Assembly: GCF_009834535.1 (NCBI RefSeq) | Contig: NC_045696.1 | Location: forward strand, 45,696,001-45,760,000 | Source: Camelus ferus | Lineage: Eukaryota | Direction: 5' to 3' | DNA: 64,000 nt | Part shown: positions 22,429 through 35,235 of the stretch, piece by piece | Layout of the letters: each line of letters begins with the position of its first letter | Position numbering within the stretch: the first letter of the stretch is position 1 | Program-made: the position numbers and the translations under genes | The notes under the pieces: model-generated | Databases searched by the model: none | The model's input: only the letters and a program-made list of their open reading frames with translations | Told to the model about the DNA's origin: nothing

Positions 22429-24906
22429 ATATATATATATAAAAATCTGTATGTATATATATACCTGAGCAGTACCAACAGGAGCATTACTGGCAGAAAG
22501 CTTATAGTCTAATAGGCAATTAAAAAGCAAAGAATGATAAATAGAGCAAACACTTGTGAGAGCCTCTTTTCAACTGCTGTTATTTAAAATGAAGTGAAAG
22601 TCACTGGCAGCAGTAAATGTCCAAATCTTGGTCACAGATCAGGGAGCAATGCCTTTCTTTAAATACTTCTAACAAATACCACTTTTGAAACATATATATG
22701 CCTGTAAGAAACATTAAAATGTATCAGAAAGTGCTCCCCATGAAAAATCTGCTCCTGAAAACTTTGAAAAAATAATCCACCAGATATGGCCACCATCTAG
22801 TTTTGGCAACATGATTGGTATCACCAGGGATAGGAAAGAAGTTAATTTTGGATTGATATAAAAATATCTCTAACGATTAAGTTACTAAAAAATGGGAGGA
22901 TGGTTTTCTCACAACTAAAACTGTTCAAGCAGAGACTAGTAAATTTGGAGAACAGTTTAGGATGATTCATGTATAATGAAGAAAGTTAGAGTAGAAATTA
23001 ACCAAATATATTCTTCTTACCCACTTGGTGTTAAGGTGTTTCATATAAATAGACACCTAGTGAAATTGTAAAAGGCAGTGGAATAGATATTTTGGTTTTA
23101 AGAAACATGACTATCCAATTTCCTCTGGTCAATGAATTCATCTCATGAATTAATATAAATTAATTTTACCTTTCCAACTAGTTAGTGACACATTGTACAA
23201 TTGTTATAAATTAAATTAGGTACTAAAACTTCATCAAAAATGAAAACTAAAACTAAAAGCTAAAGTAGAAAACAGATACTCAGTATGTGTTTTGTCTATC
23301 CTTTAATGAGCTAAGTAAATTCATTTGTGAATGTAACAAAAGTGATAAATATGTAAATTTGATTTTAAATCCCTCCCACACCTTCCCTGTTTGTAGTCTA
23401 CACATGTGCATTATCTTCACAACTGTTTGCACTGTTGTTGTTGTTCAGAAGTTTTATTCCAGACAGAGAAGGAGAGAAACAGAGAGTGCAGAAACTAGTA
23501 AGAAAGGAAGGGAGGGAGGAGGGGAGGGAGAAAGAAAGGAATTTACTATGCTGAAGTAATGACATGGTTTACAGAAAGACAAATGTCAAATCCATTTTAA
23601 GGAAAATGAGGATAAGTTATTAAACCAAAGTGAACAATTTTATTTGTAGGTGTTGTTCCATAGGAAAACTTACTTAAAAATGGAAAGTTTTCAACAGACT
23701 GAAAGTCACATTTTGTATGTACATCAAAACACTGTGCTTGTGTTACCTCCTTTTAACTTCTATCATTTTATTTCTGTTATTTGCAGTGTGCTAGATTTCA
23801 AAATGGAAGACCCACTTTATCAAGTGGAAGAAGTACCTGGCTTATCCAAGATGCCTATTTCACTGCATTCATTTGTGCTTCATTTTTGAGTTAACTGATG
23901 GAGAAGAAGATCTGACTGGGTAGAGATGGGCTAGTTCTTCAGGGAATAGAGAGAGAAAGGAGGGGTGGAGAGAGAGAAGCTTGATGATCTAACTAGAAAA
24001 ACCAAGATGCAGACTAAGAAGGAAAATCAAACCCTGGGTAGTAATAAGTAAGGAATTATCTAATTATCTAAGAATAGTCTAATGGGATACAATGCATTAG
24101 GGCAAAAACACTAAAGGAAGACAGGGAAATTTGGTTTCTTTGGATGGTACTGGGACTCAGCGACACATAGAGATAATGGGGACACAGGTCAGGAGCTGAA
24201 GAGCAGTGCTGTAATGCTGGGGAAAATTTACCCATTTTTCTTAAATCGCATATAACTGGGAATACCTGTTTTCTTGCTGTTACATTATTTCCCTTGAGTG
24301 AGGATCAGAAATAATCACTTGACTGAATTGATCTGAATCTGGTCAATATTACCTGCATTCTCCTTCCACTATTAAAAAAGTCTGTGTGTCTTAAAAAATA
24401 CAATATTTAGTTTATTTGAAATATTTTGGGGTAGCTTGCAAAAATATTGAAATAAAGTTGGTTTATTTGGAGAGACCTTTCCTTTGATGCTATCAGTATC
24501 CCATGAGGTAAACAGGGTAACTATCATTGTCCACATTTCATTTTAAAGGAAATTAAGGTAAAACTATGATAAATAATCAAACGTAATGACAAATATTCAT
24601 GACCATTTATCAAGTCAGTGACAAAATGTCATTTTAATATTTTTTACAAGGGGAAAAACTGAAGAAATTGTTGTTTTTTTACTACCCCACCTATACTTTC
24701 AAAACTGTTTCCTAACATTATCCAAGAAATGTGTGTATACTTTTTGCCTAAGAAGTCAGATATCATTTGATACAGATATTCATCAATATTTAAGAAATAT
24801 AGAAGCAGAGAAATCAGTAGTTTTTTCCCCTTCCAGTTTTATGTCTTTATTCAGTTGTTTTGTTTTGTTTGCTGACTTTTTCCCCTTAGAGCATTTTGAT
24901 GTGGGG

Positions 24907-24928
24907 GTGTGTGTGTGTGTGTGTGTGT
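24907..24928. repeat. (TG)n microsatellite
   Basis: Visible. Confidence 0.9.
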
Positions 24929-26784
24929 CTGTTTATGTGTTTGCTGTTTTCCTTTGTAATAAAATGAAATGCAATATTAGATTTGCATTATTCACAGTAC
25001 TGCTAAGGAAAAATTCATGTTTTCATCAGGATATAGAAAACTTAATTGACCATGACCCCTAATAAAATAGTAAAATACAGTGATGGGACTTTAATAATTA
25101 TATGTTCACTTTTAGAGTGGTAGCCAAGGCTGTTTCATGGTGAGGCATTACTAAATGTCACTACTTGTCTTTCTGTCCTAATTCTCTGATATTTGTATTT
25201 GAAAAGCCTCAATTATCTAATGAAATCATTTGGAAATCATTTATTGAAATTAGTAGTTTTCCAAAAAACACTCTGGTTTTCACTTTCATACTGTCAATGG
25301 AAATCTGCTTTCCACCAAGGTTTAATGTACATCATTGAATACCCCAGGAGACAATTCTTTGCTCCTTGGACAATTTTTCAGAGCAGAGAGCAGTGCTGTT
25401 TGAATTTAAATGATGCTGCACTTAAAGCCAATGGTAATAAGCAAGATCTACTAGACTTTCATTACATTTTTTAATCATCTGAATATAATCATAAGCACCT
25501 GATGCTAGCTCCCACAGCCTTCATGTGAATCGTAAGTATCACATTTTAGTTTCCCTTAAGAGGAGAAATGAGGTTTCTGCTGTGAATGAAGAAGTGCATA
25601 CAGTTAAATAATATGATCTGTTCACCAAAAGTGCCTGCCATACGAAGAAAGTAAAATGCCTGGAAATTGGGAATTGGCTTGACAACTCACTATTTTAAAA
25701 AAAAGTCATTGTCTACACTAGGGGGTGTATTTTTGAATACAGAATTAACCTATTAGCCTACTGTCAAAATAAAGCTTCCAACTGAATGCCCAAATACCCA
25801 TCTGAAAGACCCCCGCAAATCACTTAGGCAAAAGCCTCTATAAAGAGACCTGCCTGAAGTCATCAGTGGAAGTCTGTGTGTAATGCAAGAGGAAAACAAA
25901 CAAACAGAGAATTAAAAACACTCATCTTGTTAGTTCCTCAGCTCCAAACAAAAGAAACTTTTTACAATTAATCCCACATTTATTCCAATAGATATTCCAA
26001 CAGTGGAACTTCATAAAGATCATGTCTACTACCAGCAGAATTAATGCTCTCTTAAGCCCTAAGAAATCTCACTATCACAGTAAAAGTAAGGCAAGGGTAA
26101 ATAAATAATCCCCTCTAAAGCAGCTTGCTACAGGTTTAGGTGACTGCCCAGGCCTTGATCTCACTTATTGCTTTCTGCACATGGCCTATTGTCATTTGTG
26201 CTAGCTAAATTTTTGGTGGAGGAAAAAGCTGGTGATACATCTGATTTCAGTTTTGAGAGCCCTGACTGTGCTCCCTTGCTCACCTGATTTTACGTCGTAT
26301 GCATACATGCATAAACATGGCCCTGTAAAAAATGTATTTAAGTAAAGGTTATCAGCCTGTGAGAATTGTAATGAGGCCACCAAGTAAAGAAAAAGGTCAC
26401 AACTTACATGCTATACAAAGCATAATGCAAAGTTTCTCTTTTCTGAGGCACCGTCCTAAATCACTTCTGCTCTGTGAAGACTTTAATTCAGTGTAAAGAA
26501 AATACTCTTCAGCTTCTCCAAAAGCTTTCATCTTACCTGGATTAAACTTCAACCTGCCTTCTTTCATTTTACTTCACAGTCTATCAGACACTAAGGGAAA
26601 CAGGAGAATCAATTTTAAAAGAAGTGTATACCTCAGTGACATTAATAGTAATCTTCAGGAGTTCCACTTCATCTCAAATTGAACAGGACCACATTCAGGC
26701 CAGAAGATCACAAGGTAATGAACAAATGGATAGTTCCCACATACATATTACTGAATGATCAATACGTGTATAAGAAAACTGATA

Positions 26785-27308
26785 CAATTGGCCTTCCATA
26801 TCAGTGGGTCCTACAGCCATGAATTCAAACGACTACAGATCAAAAACATTTAAAAAAAAAAATCCAGAAAGCTCCAAAACGCAAAACTCGAATTTTCTGC
26901 ACACTGGCAACTATCTGTGTAGCATTTTCATTGTATTAGATATTACAAGTAGTATAAAATGATTTAAAGTATACAGGAGGATGTGCATAGGTTATACGCA
27001 AATACAGCTGATCTTTGAACAACAAGGATTTGAACTGCTCGGGTCCACGTATACATGGATTTTTTTTCAATAGTAAATATTACAGTACTTCATGGCCCAC
27101 AGTTGGTTGAATCCTTGGATGTCAACTATATGGAGGGCCAACTATAATTTATGCACAGATTTTCAAATGTGAGGAGGGTCAGCACTCCTAACTCCCAAAC
27201 TGTTCAAGAATCAACTGCTTTATATAAGGAACTTGAGCATCCTCAGATTTTTGTATGGAAGGGGGTGTCCTGGGACCAATTCCCCACAGATACCAAGGGA
27301 TGACTCTA
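26785..27308 (+). mobile_element. Tigger3-derived MITE (MER7/Tigger3a-like), interrupted by a nested Tigger2 MITE
   Basis: 'gatttaaagtatacaggaggatgtgcataggttatacgcaaata' ... 'gaacttgagcatcctcagattttt...gtcctgggaccaattccccacagataccaaggga'. Same family as 38582-38932. Confidence 0.85.
27005..27217 (+). mobile_element. Tigger2-derived MITE (Tigger2a_Art-like)
   Basis: TIRs cagctgatctttgaacaac / ctgttcaagaatcaactg, preceded by TA. Confidence 0.85.
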
Positions 27309-27314
27309 TTATGC

Positions 27315-27480
27315 GGTTAAAATAGTGATCTCAAGAGTTAAATTGTCTCTGTTCAAATCTTAACTTTGTCGTTTGCTGGCTGGGTGACACTGGGTAAGTT
27401 ATTTAAGTCTCAACTTCTCATCTCCAAAATGACAATAACAATGGGGCTTTTAAAACTGTAATGAAGGTTGTGAGATAATT
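27315..27480 (+). mobile_element. MIR SINE
   Basis: 'gttcaaatcttaactttgtcgtttgctggctgggtgacactgggtaagttatttaa...ttctcatctccaaaatg'. Confidence 0.7.
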
Positions 27481-27763
27481 CTAGTTGACTAGTTGTGATA
27501 TAAACCAAAAGACTCACAAAGTTCTGGCATAAGCCTGGAAACAGTGAGTATGTGTTATGTTAATTTTTATACAACTGTTAATATATTGTGAACTAGACAA
27601 GATTCAGATACTTCAACCAACTTCATTTTTCCATTCTTCCAAATACCACCTCCACTCAACCATTTTAGCTGCTTTGTTTTAACTAATTGATGTTAGGAGT
27701 AATCAGCTTTTAGTGCAGTACATAGATACAAGTCATAAGACATTTTATGTTCTAATGTAACTT

Positions 27764-28118
27764 AGGAGTAGCCAAACTTTTTTTCTGTATATGGACAGGT
27801 ACTAAATATTTTAGGATTTGAGAACCACACAGTCTCTGCTGGAATTTTTTCTCCCATTTTAGTCAAAAGTAGACATAGATATCACAGACAACACACAGAC
27901 AAATAGCTGTGGCTGTGTTCCAATAAAATTTAATTTATGGAAACTGAAATTTGAATTATTTTGATTTTCATGTGTCACAAAATATTATTCATCTTTTGAT
28001 TTCCTTTTCGACCATTTTAAAAAGTGAAACAAACAAAAACAGGCTTAGCTTGACGGCCACACACAAATTGGAAGTGAGTGGTATTTGGCCCTCAGGCTAG
28101 TGTTTGTTTAACTCCCTT
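27764..28118. mobile_element. MER58B (hAT-Charlie)
   Basis: 'gccaaacttttttctgta...aaatattttagg' and 'gtggctgtgttccaataaaatttaatttatggaaactgaaatttgaatt...tcatgtgtcacaaaatattattc'. Confidence 0.8.
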
Positions 28119-28765
28119 CTAATACATTGTTTCTACTAAAATTGTTTAATTGTTATATCTTGTATTGAAAGATAAATTAATAAAACTCTTTTAAAATTCT
28201 TAACTATTTTGTAGCAAATTAATGAAAATGCCACATTAATAGCCTAGTATCCTACTGTAGTATTAAGTCTTAATAGTTAACAGTGTTAAATATTCCTAAC
28301 TCACTTAAGCACATTCCTTAATGTTATTGCCCTTAAAATGTAGAAATAAAATAGGGCAACTTTAGACATCAGTAATGGGGTTGCTCACTCTGGGATACAG
28401 TAAACCCGCCTACCTGAACAGTTTAATGAAATGTCAACTCTGGAGATGTCAAATGACACAGCCATTGGAAGAACTGAGAGAGACTAGATAATTGGAAAGA
28501 TAGAAAGGTCTGTCCAGAAGAAGGACTCTAATCTTGGTTGAAATTTAAAAAAATAATTGGATGTGAATAATCTGACTGGGCAGTTCAAATCTGTATCCAA
28601 CACTGCCTGGTTAATTTATTGTGTGGCTTTGAGAATTTGGATTACTGCAGGTGGAAAAATGAACAAGGGAGAGATCACCCAATGAATTAAATAACTCTAT
28701 TACTCTACAGCTCTTTGAGGAGACTTTTGAGGATTCTGAGTATATTAAACACCATCTGATATTTA

Positions 28766-29000
28766 TATTCAGACCTCTGGATATGCAGCTTCCACATCCT
28801 CAGATTTGACCAACCAAGTATCAGATTCAACCAATTTTGGTCCCATTCATGGTTGGCTGAATCTGTGGATGCAGAACTGGAGGATCAGAAGGGCCAACTC
28901 TACTATGCCATTTTATACTTGTAAGGGACGAGCGTATTCATGGATTTTGGTGGAGGGTGGAGGGATGGGGTGTGGTGGTCCTGGAACCAATCCCCGCAGA
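28766..29000 (+). mobile_element. Tigger3-derived MITE fragment
   Basis: 'ggttggctgaatctgtggatgcagaac...gggccaactctactatgccattttata...gtcctggaaccaatccccgcaga'. Confidence 0.75.
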
Positions 29001-29177
29001 AGAAAATGGAAGATCGATAAATGTAAATGGGGCTTATATAAATTTATATTTGTAACTTACAGAGCCAGATTGTCACTGAAGACCCTTCAAGAATCTAATT
29101 TAGCCTCTGTTAACTCTGAAGAGGAGCAAGTTTAGAATATAAATGGATTTTTTAGAACACCCATAGTTCCCCTAAAA

Positions 29178-29396
29178 CAGGCATGGGCAAACTACAGCCC
29201 TGGAGCCAAATCCTCTTGCCTCTTGTTTTGTAAACGAGGTTTTACTGAAAGACAGCCACGCTTATATATTTATATATGAATTATGACAGTTTTGTGCTTC
29301 AGCGGCAGAACTGACTAGCTGTGACAGAGACCCGATGGCCTGCGAAAGCTAAACTACTTACCATCTGGTTCTTTACAGAAAGTTTGCAAACCCCTG
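29178..29396 (+). mobile_element. MER58A (hAT-Charlie) with 8-bp TSD
   Basis: TIRs caggcatgggcaaact / agtttgcaaacccctg. TSD ccctaaaa (29170-29177) and ccctaaac (29397-29404). Confidence 0.9.
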
Positions 29397-30004
29397 CCCT
29401 AAACCTTACTATTCCCAGCATAGTCTGTAGACCAATAGCACCTGCATCGCAACAAAGATTGTTATCCTAAAATACCGTGATATTCATAAAAGTTACAAAT
29501 CTTAATCTACAACCCAAACTTCTGATGCCAGGATTATATCAAAAGGTCAAAATGAAGGCTGGAATACTTATAGCAACAGAATATTCTACTAACTCATAAA
29601 TTACCATATCCATGGGTCTTGAAAGGTCTTCTTTAGGTCACCAACAGGCAATGAATGTACTACAACTAGCATGTGAGTTCACATTCAGAAAACAGCTCAT
29701 TAAGATGCTGTTAAGCTACAATAATAATATTTTTAAAAACTGTTTACAGTTTTGCAGTTTAATCAGTCTGATGAGTTTTATTTTTATACTTCATTCTCTT
29801 AATCAGATGTAAAGCCAGAACTTGCATCTCATCAGCCCAGGTACATGTTCTAAAGGAAAATATAGAAATGCACTTTTCTTGGCTAATGGAAATGTAGCTC
29901 TATTTAATAGATACTTTATATTTCATATTTTACTATTAAGCTTAGTTCAGTATAAATGCACATTTTCAATGTCATGAAGACATGGCATGAATGATGTGGC
30001 AAGC

Positions 30005-30125
30005 AATTTGCATTTATATAGCACCTTTCAAAGGCTTGGGATCGCAAAGCACAGCATAAATGCTTGTGTAACTTTGCAATTAAGAATTCACTTCTAATTA
30101 TTCCTACTTAAATGTGCAGTCTCTT
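30005..30125 (-). mobile_element. Probable ancient AmnSINE1/Deu-SINE-type 3' tail relic
   Basis: Minus strand 'gtgctttgcgatcc...tgaaaggtgctatataaatgcaa' versus the recalled AmnSINE1 tail 'gcgctttgggatcc...tgaaaggcgctatataaatgtaa'. Weaker upstream similarity 'gactgcacatttaagtagg...gaagtga'. Confidence 0.55.
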
Positions 30126-30342
30126 TTTAATCACAACATTTTTACACCTGTGGTTAAGTGCTCTGACAGAGCCTCAGCCTTATCTCTAAAGCAGGCATAT
30201 TGCATGACTGGATTGTATAATGAAGGCTATGTTTTCCAGAGGGAAAATGATCACAGACATGTAACACCAGTAACAATATTAAAGACACAACTAAATTTAA
30301 AAGCATCATTCTCTCCAATTATCTGCCCATTCAGATCAACAC

Positions 30343-30371
30343 ACAAACACACACACACGCACGCACACACG
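30343..30371. repeat. Imperfect (CA)n
   Basis: Visible. Confidence 0.75.
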
Positions 30372-31019
30372 CTTGTCCAGCTCTGGAGTGTGCACTAGTT
30401 TCAGGCCGAGTTATACTTCTGCTACATCACCAGGATGAAGTCTGAAAACTGGCTTGTAAACGTATGCTTGCCTGTAGTAAATCTTTAGCTACTGGAGCTA
30501 CAATTGCTAACATGTGTGAGATCCCTAGTTTTCTTGTATAACCAAGGGACCGGTAAATAACATGGTGTTAAAAAAAAAAAAAACGGTATCTGTTACTAGC
30601 AGAAAGCACAATTCAGCTGCAACATATGTTTCTGAAGGGCTGCAGTCTCATAAATGGAGATGAGGAATGAAAAGCAATTCTGGGAAGGAGGTGGTAGCTA
30701 AAGAGAAGGCCCTGGTGACAGCCATCTACATAACTGACTGCAGTAAAGCACGAGGCTCCATTTTCAAAAGCTGATTAGAAAGAAGATTTATTAAGAACCT
30801 ATGGTGATCTGGGGACCAATGAAACACAGATAGACGAGGCATGGTTCCTGCATCCTGAAAGGCTGCCAATAGGCAGCAGAATTGGGTGGACCCAAAAGCA
30901 AACACATTTCAGAAATCCACAGTCAGTCTTGAAAAATTCGAAGCCAGAAGTCCTTAGGTTTTCAATAAACTATTAGTTGTATGAAAAATAATGTTAAAAG
31001 ACTGTCCATTTAAAAAGCA

Positions 31020-31370
31020 AATATTGAACCCTTCCAAGATACCAGCTATTGTGTTCATCTCTGATGATTAAAGTAATAGCAGTAACAGCAACAGTAATAA
31101 TGATGACCAAAAACGATTGTTAGGAAATCAGGCAACACTTCTGCACTCAGGAGGTCACAGGATGGAGGGCAGGGGAGAAATAACTAAACAGTGTGATGCG
31201 TGTTTTTTTATCAGATTGTGCGCTATGCTCTGAGAGCAGAGAACAGGGAATACTTAATTCTGGCAGTCTTTGGGAAAGACTTCAGAGAAACAAGGAATTT
31301 CAATAGGAATGTGAAATACCAACATGGTGAGGAAGGGATGACTTTCAGGGAGCAGGAACATTCAAAGATG
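31020..31370 (-). mobile_element. Degraded L2 fragment
   Basis: 'tattgaacccttccaagataccag...ctgcactcaggaggtcacag...gggaaagacttcagaga' is antisense L2-like. Confidence 0.45.
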
Positions 31371-31419
31371 ACTAATCACATAAATTCTTTGTATGACCCA
31401 TGACTTCAGACATAAGGAC

Positions 31420-31645
31420 TGTATGTTAAGTAGAAGTATAGGCTTGAAAAAACAAGTTGTCTGTATTCATTTTTAACTGTGTGACTTTGGACAAGTTACT
31501 TAACCTGCCTGAATCTCAGTTTTCTCATCTCTGTAATGGGGAAAGAACAGAACATATCTCTTCTGAGGACTGTCGTGAGAACTTAGTAATAGTTATTGTT
31601 AAACATTTAGAACTCTGACATATGACTAACATTTAGTAAATGTTA
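31420..31645 (+). mobile_element. MIR SINE
   Basis: Well-preserved core 'actgtgtgactttggacaagttacttaacctgcctgaatctcagttttctcatctctgtaatgggga'. Confidence 0.85.
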
Positions 31646-32114
31646 GTTGTGTCCTTTCTCTCTCTCCCTCTCTCTCTCTTAACTTCTGTCTTATTTTAAG
31701 TAGAGTCATTCCCATGGTGAATGAAGGGGCAGAGTAGGACCCCTTATGCTTTAGGAAGCCTGTCTGTTGCTTTCTTTCCAGAGGGAAAGATGACGGTGCT
31801 GCCATTTGAAAAACAAGATACAATTTCGTTTAAGTCTGCTTCTTTCCCCATACCCATTCCCCATTACACATATCTAGCCTTTACACATATCTCTAATGAA
31901 GGTAATATTATTATTTTCACTTCATAAATGAGGACACTGAGATTTTTCAATAAAACAGTTCCGTAAGTTGAAGAGCCAAGAATCTGTGATGCCATAATTA
32001 AAATTTAGATGTTCTAACTAGAGAAACCAATTATTAATCACTTTACTGAAATGTCCTAAGATAGAGTTTGGTCCAAAATAATCACCCCTCAGGCACTGAA
32101 GCATCAAGGGAACC

Positions 32115-32500
32115 CAGATTCCATTTCCAGGAGGGGCAGAGGGCAGTATAGGAATTCTGAAAGACTCCCCTAACTAAAATCCTAAAATGCTAGATTAAAA
32201 AACATGGTTTTGAGTTCGTCACAAAAGGAAGGACTCTGCAAAGGTCAAATTTATAAGGAAGCAGGAATAATAGGAGATAAATGATCCATGAAAACAGTTT
32301 TCAACAAGGAAATTTCTATTAATTCTTGGATACTTTGAGATATAATTTTGATGAACCACATAGTGTAGGTAATGCCTAAAGTTCACCAAACGTGAGTAGT
32401 TTAATAGATGACTTCCACATATACCTAAGGCCTCTGAAGGAAATTAGAAAAGAAGTTAAAGGAGCCCACATGTCGTGGCTACGAAATCACTCTAGAATCC
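32115..32500 (+). mobile_element. Ancient L1 (L1M/L1ME) 5' region fragment
   Basis: 'ttccatttccagg...ctcccctaactaaaatcctaaaatgctagattaaa' resembles old L1 5' ends. Confidence 0.4.
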
Positions 32501-34444
32501 ACTGCACAAAGAGCCAGAGTGGATGGCATTTTAAGAGGATATGAGTTAGAAGCCACTTTGCTGGTTTACTCCATGCTGACAACCAATGGAGCTGTAGATC
32601 CAAGCAGTAGTGTTCTTTTATTTGCCTCCATCCAACATCTTACCACATGAACACCAACTTGCAATTGTATGGAAAGCGACTTGCATCAACAGGGTAGACT
32701 TGTTGGCTAAACTACACTAATGTTTCATGATAACTGTTAAAACAAAAATACCAGAAAAAAGAATGTCTCCAGCCTCATTCATTTTTTTCCTGATACATAT
32801 CTGGAAATGCTTCTTGGAACCAATAATTTTGTTTCAGAACTAATGTTCTTAAAGAAACTTTGAGAGTTAAAAATAATTCTGGATTAAATTTTGGCTTTAT
32901 ATTTTCTTGAGTAGACAGCACTGCATTCTTACTGCAATGGTATCTCTCCATCTTATTTTTGTTACCTATATTACACCTGAGTTTATGAAAGCTCCATTCT
33001 TTATAACCTGCATTCAGGGACCAGATAGACCAAGCATATTGACTGAAGGATACTGGAGAACTGAGTCAGGAGGAGAATCTAAGGACAAATTTGGGGATAG
33101 ACCAGGATCCTTCCACTAGTGGACAGGAGCTCAGGCAGGATATCCACAGGGAGTGACCAAGTACGGGATTGGAGATGGACACAGTGAGGGAGAGTAAATG
33201 ATAAAAGCAGTAAATTTTTCTTACAGACTAACAAGGCATAGAAATATCACTCAGAGAGTTAAAAACAGTCATCCATGACTCATACCAACAGTTTTAGAGC
33301 CACAAAACTTCCATAATTGTAGTGTTAGGCTTCTCTTTTTCCTTCTATTCTCACCCAAATGTTCCTTTCATTCTTCTATCCTCAGGTTGGTTATGGTAGG
33401 ATAGATTATTAAAGACTGAAATCTAAGAAAAGGTGTTTAAACATAAGTAGTTAGGCAGAAGACAAACATTATCAGTTTCTGAATAAAGAAGTAGCATGAG
33501 AAGTGTGGAACTCAAGAAACTGCAGAGCAACAGAAATCTGTTAGATGGACTGAATTTAGAAAGGAAGTCAAAATTGCAATCCAGATCACACATGGGTTCT
33601 CAAATCTTTCCTTTATCAAAGAGACTAGCAGTTCTTAGAAGATAGAAATTTTGTGTTCAGTTCAGTTTTAACAACACTGACATCTCACCTTCTACATGCC
33701 TGAGTATCTTACTGGCAGTCTAAAACTTATGGAGAGAGCCACTGTTGAAACTGGATTTTACCAATGTAATGGTTTGGGTTTTATCAATGTAATAAACAAA
33801 ATCAATAGCCATATGCATAGTTTTCTATGTGTCATATTTCAGCCAAATAACTCTGGAGAAATTGGAAGAATGTTGCATAACTTCTTTTTGTTAGTTGTTC
33901 AGATTCTCAGGATAGCAAGGTCTAGGAGAAGTCTGAAGTTGATATAATTTGAAGGAGAGTCAGATTATGCATCTGTGAAGTTTTCCCATGGCTAATAATT
34001 TCAAATTTTGAGGTCAGAAAGACATACAATTGTTTCCTAGGTTTGTCATATTCTAGCTGCAAAATGTTGCATTCCTCTTTGATAAAAGAGTGGTAAAAAG
34101 GCATTTCACAAAAGGTTTTTTGACTGCAGTAAGTTGGAAACTTTTGTAAAAATTATCTAGTATAATACCAGGCCCAGAAAACCTTCAGTAAATACTAATT
34201 TATTTCTTTTCTTTCTTCAGTATTCAAAAAAAAAAAAACCAGAAAGTATGAATTGGAATTTCCCGGTCCAATGATCATCTCACAATTTCACACAAACGCT
34301 GATATAGACACTATTTTATTTTCACTCACAGACACTAAATCCCCACATATGTAGAGGATTCCCTTGCTGTTCTGGAATGTCGCACAGCTCTTTGCTATTT
34401 TACAAATCACTTCATTCACCTAGAGGATAAAATTTACTCTAAAC

Positions 34445-34749
34445 AAGAAAGGAGGAGGGAGGAGAAGGAGAAGGAGGAGGAGGAGAACGAGGAGAAGGAG
34501 AGGAAGGAGAAGGAGAGGAGGAGGAGAGGAGGAGGAGGAAGAAGAGGAAGGAGGAGAAGGAGAAGAAGGAGGAAGGGGAAGAAAGGAGAGGGAGAGGAGA
34601 GGGGGTAGGAGGAGGGGGAGGAAGAGGAAGAGGAGGAAGAGGAGGAAGAGGAAGAAGAGGAGGAAGAGGAGGAAGAGGAAGGGGAGGAAGGGGAAGAAGG
34701 AGAGGAAGGAGGAGAAGGAGGAGAAGGAGGAGAAAGAAGAAAGAAAAAA
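34445..34749. repeat. About 300-bp (GGA/GAA)n polypurine low-complexity tract
   Basis: Almost exclusively A/G on the + strand, with only 2 pyrimidines (34488, 34606). Confidence 0.95.
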
Positions 34750-35059
34750 CCATAAGGCAAAACCACACCTCCAGGGACTAGGACACCAGACTAATTCTCT
34801 ACACAAGGCAGGGAGAAATCATCAGAGATCACTACAGGAAAACATTCCAAGGAAGTAATGTATATGTTCTTTTCTTTTATTCTGTTGTTTAAAAGAGAAT
34901 AAGATGACACTTGCGTCTCAAGATATTTTCCCACATTTTTAAAGTATCTTTCTGCATATAATGCTGGTTTTTATGATAGTGAATTTTTTTTTCCTTTCTT
35001 TTCAAAAAGCATGATGGAAGATGGACTGCAGTTAAACAGATATGCTTCAAAACCTGTCT

Positions 35060-35235
35060 GGCCAAATTAATCTCTCTTACTTGGTAACTCGTTATGTCAC
35101 ATCTCTGAGCCTCCGTTTCCTTATACATAAATGGAAAATAATACTTTATAGCGCAGTTGCGAGGATTAAATGAGGTAAAATATGAACACTTCTTTGCGTG
35201 AGGTCTAGCTCAGATAAAACGCTCAGTAAATATCA
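35060..35235 (+). mobile_element. MIR SINE
   Basis: 'tctctgagcctccgtttccttatacataaatgg...gttgcgaggattaaatgagg...gctcagtaaatatcag'. Confidence 0.8.

Noticed and set aside
23765..23925. Strong + strand acceptor (ttctgttatttgcag) followed by a short ORF MEDPLYQVEE...
   Set aside because: No convincing donor and no recognisable homology; too weak to report as an exon.
34420..34806. Three ORFs rich in Ser, Pro and Leu
   Set aside because: Artefacts of the stop-free (CCT/CTT)n strand of the polypurine tract.
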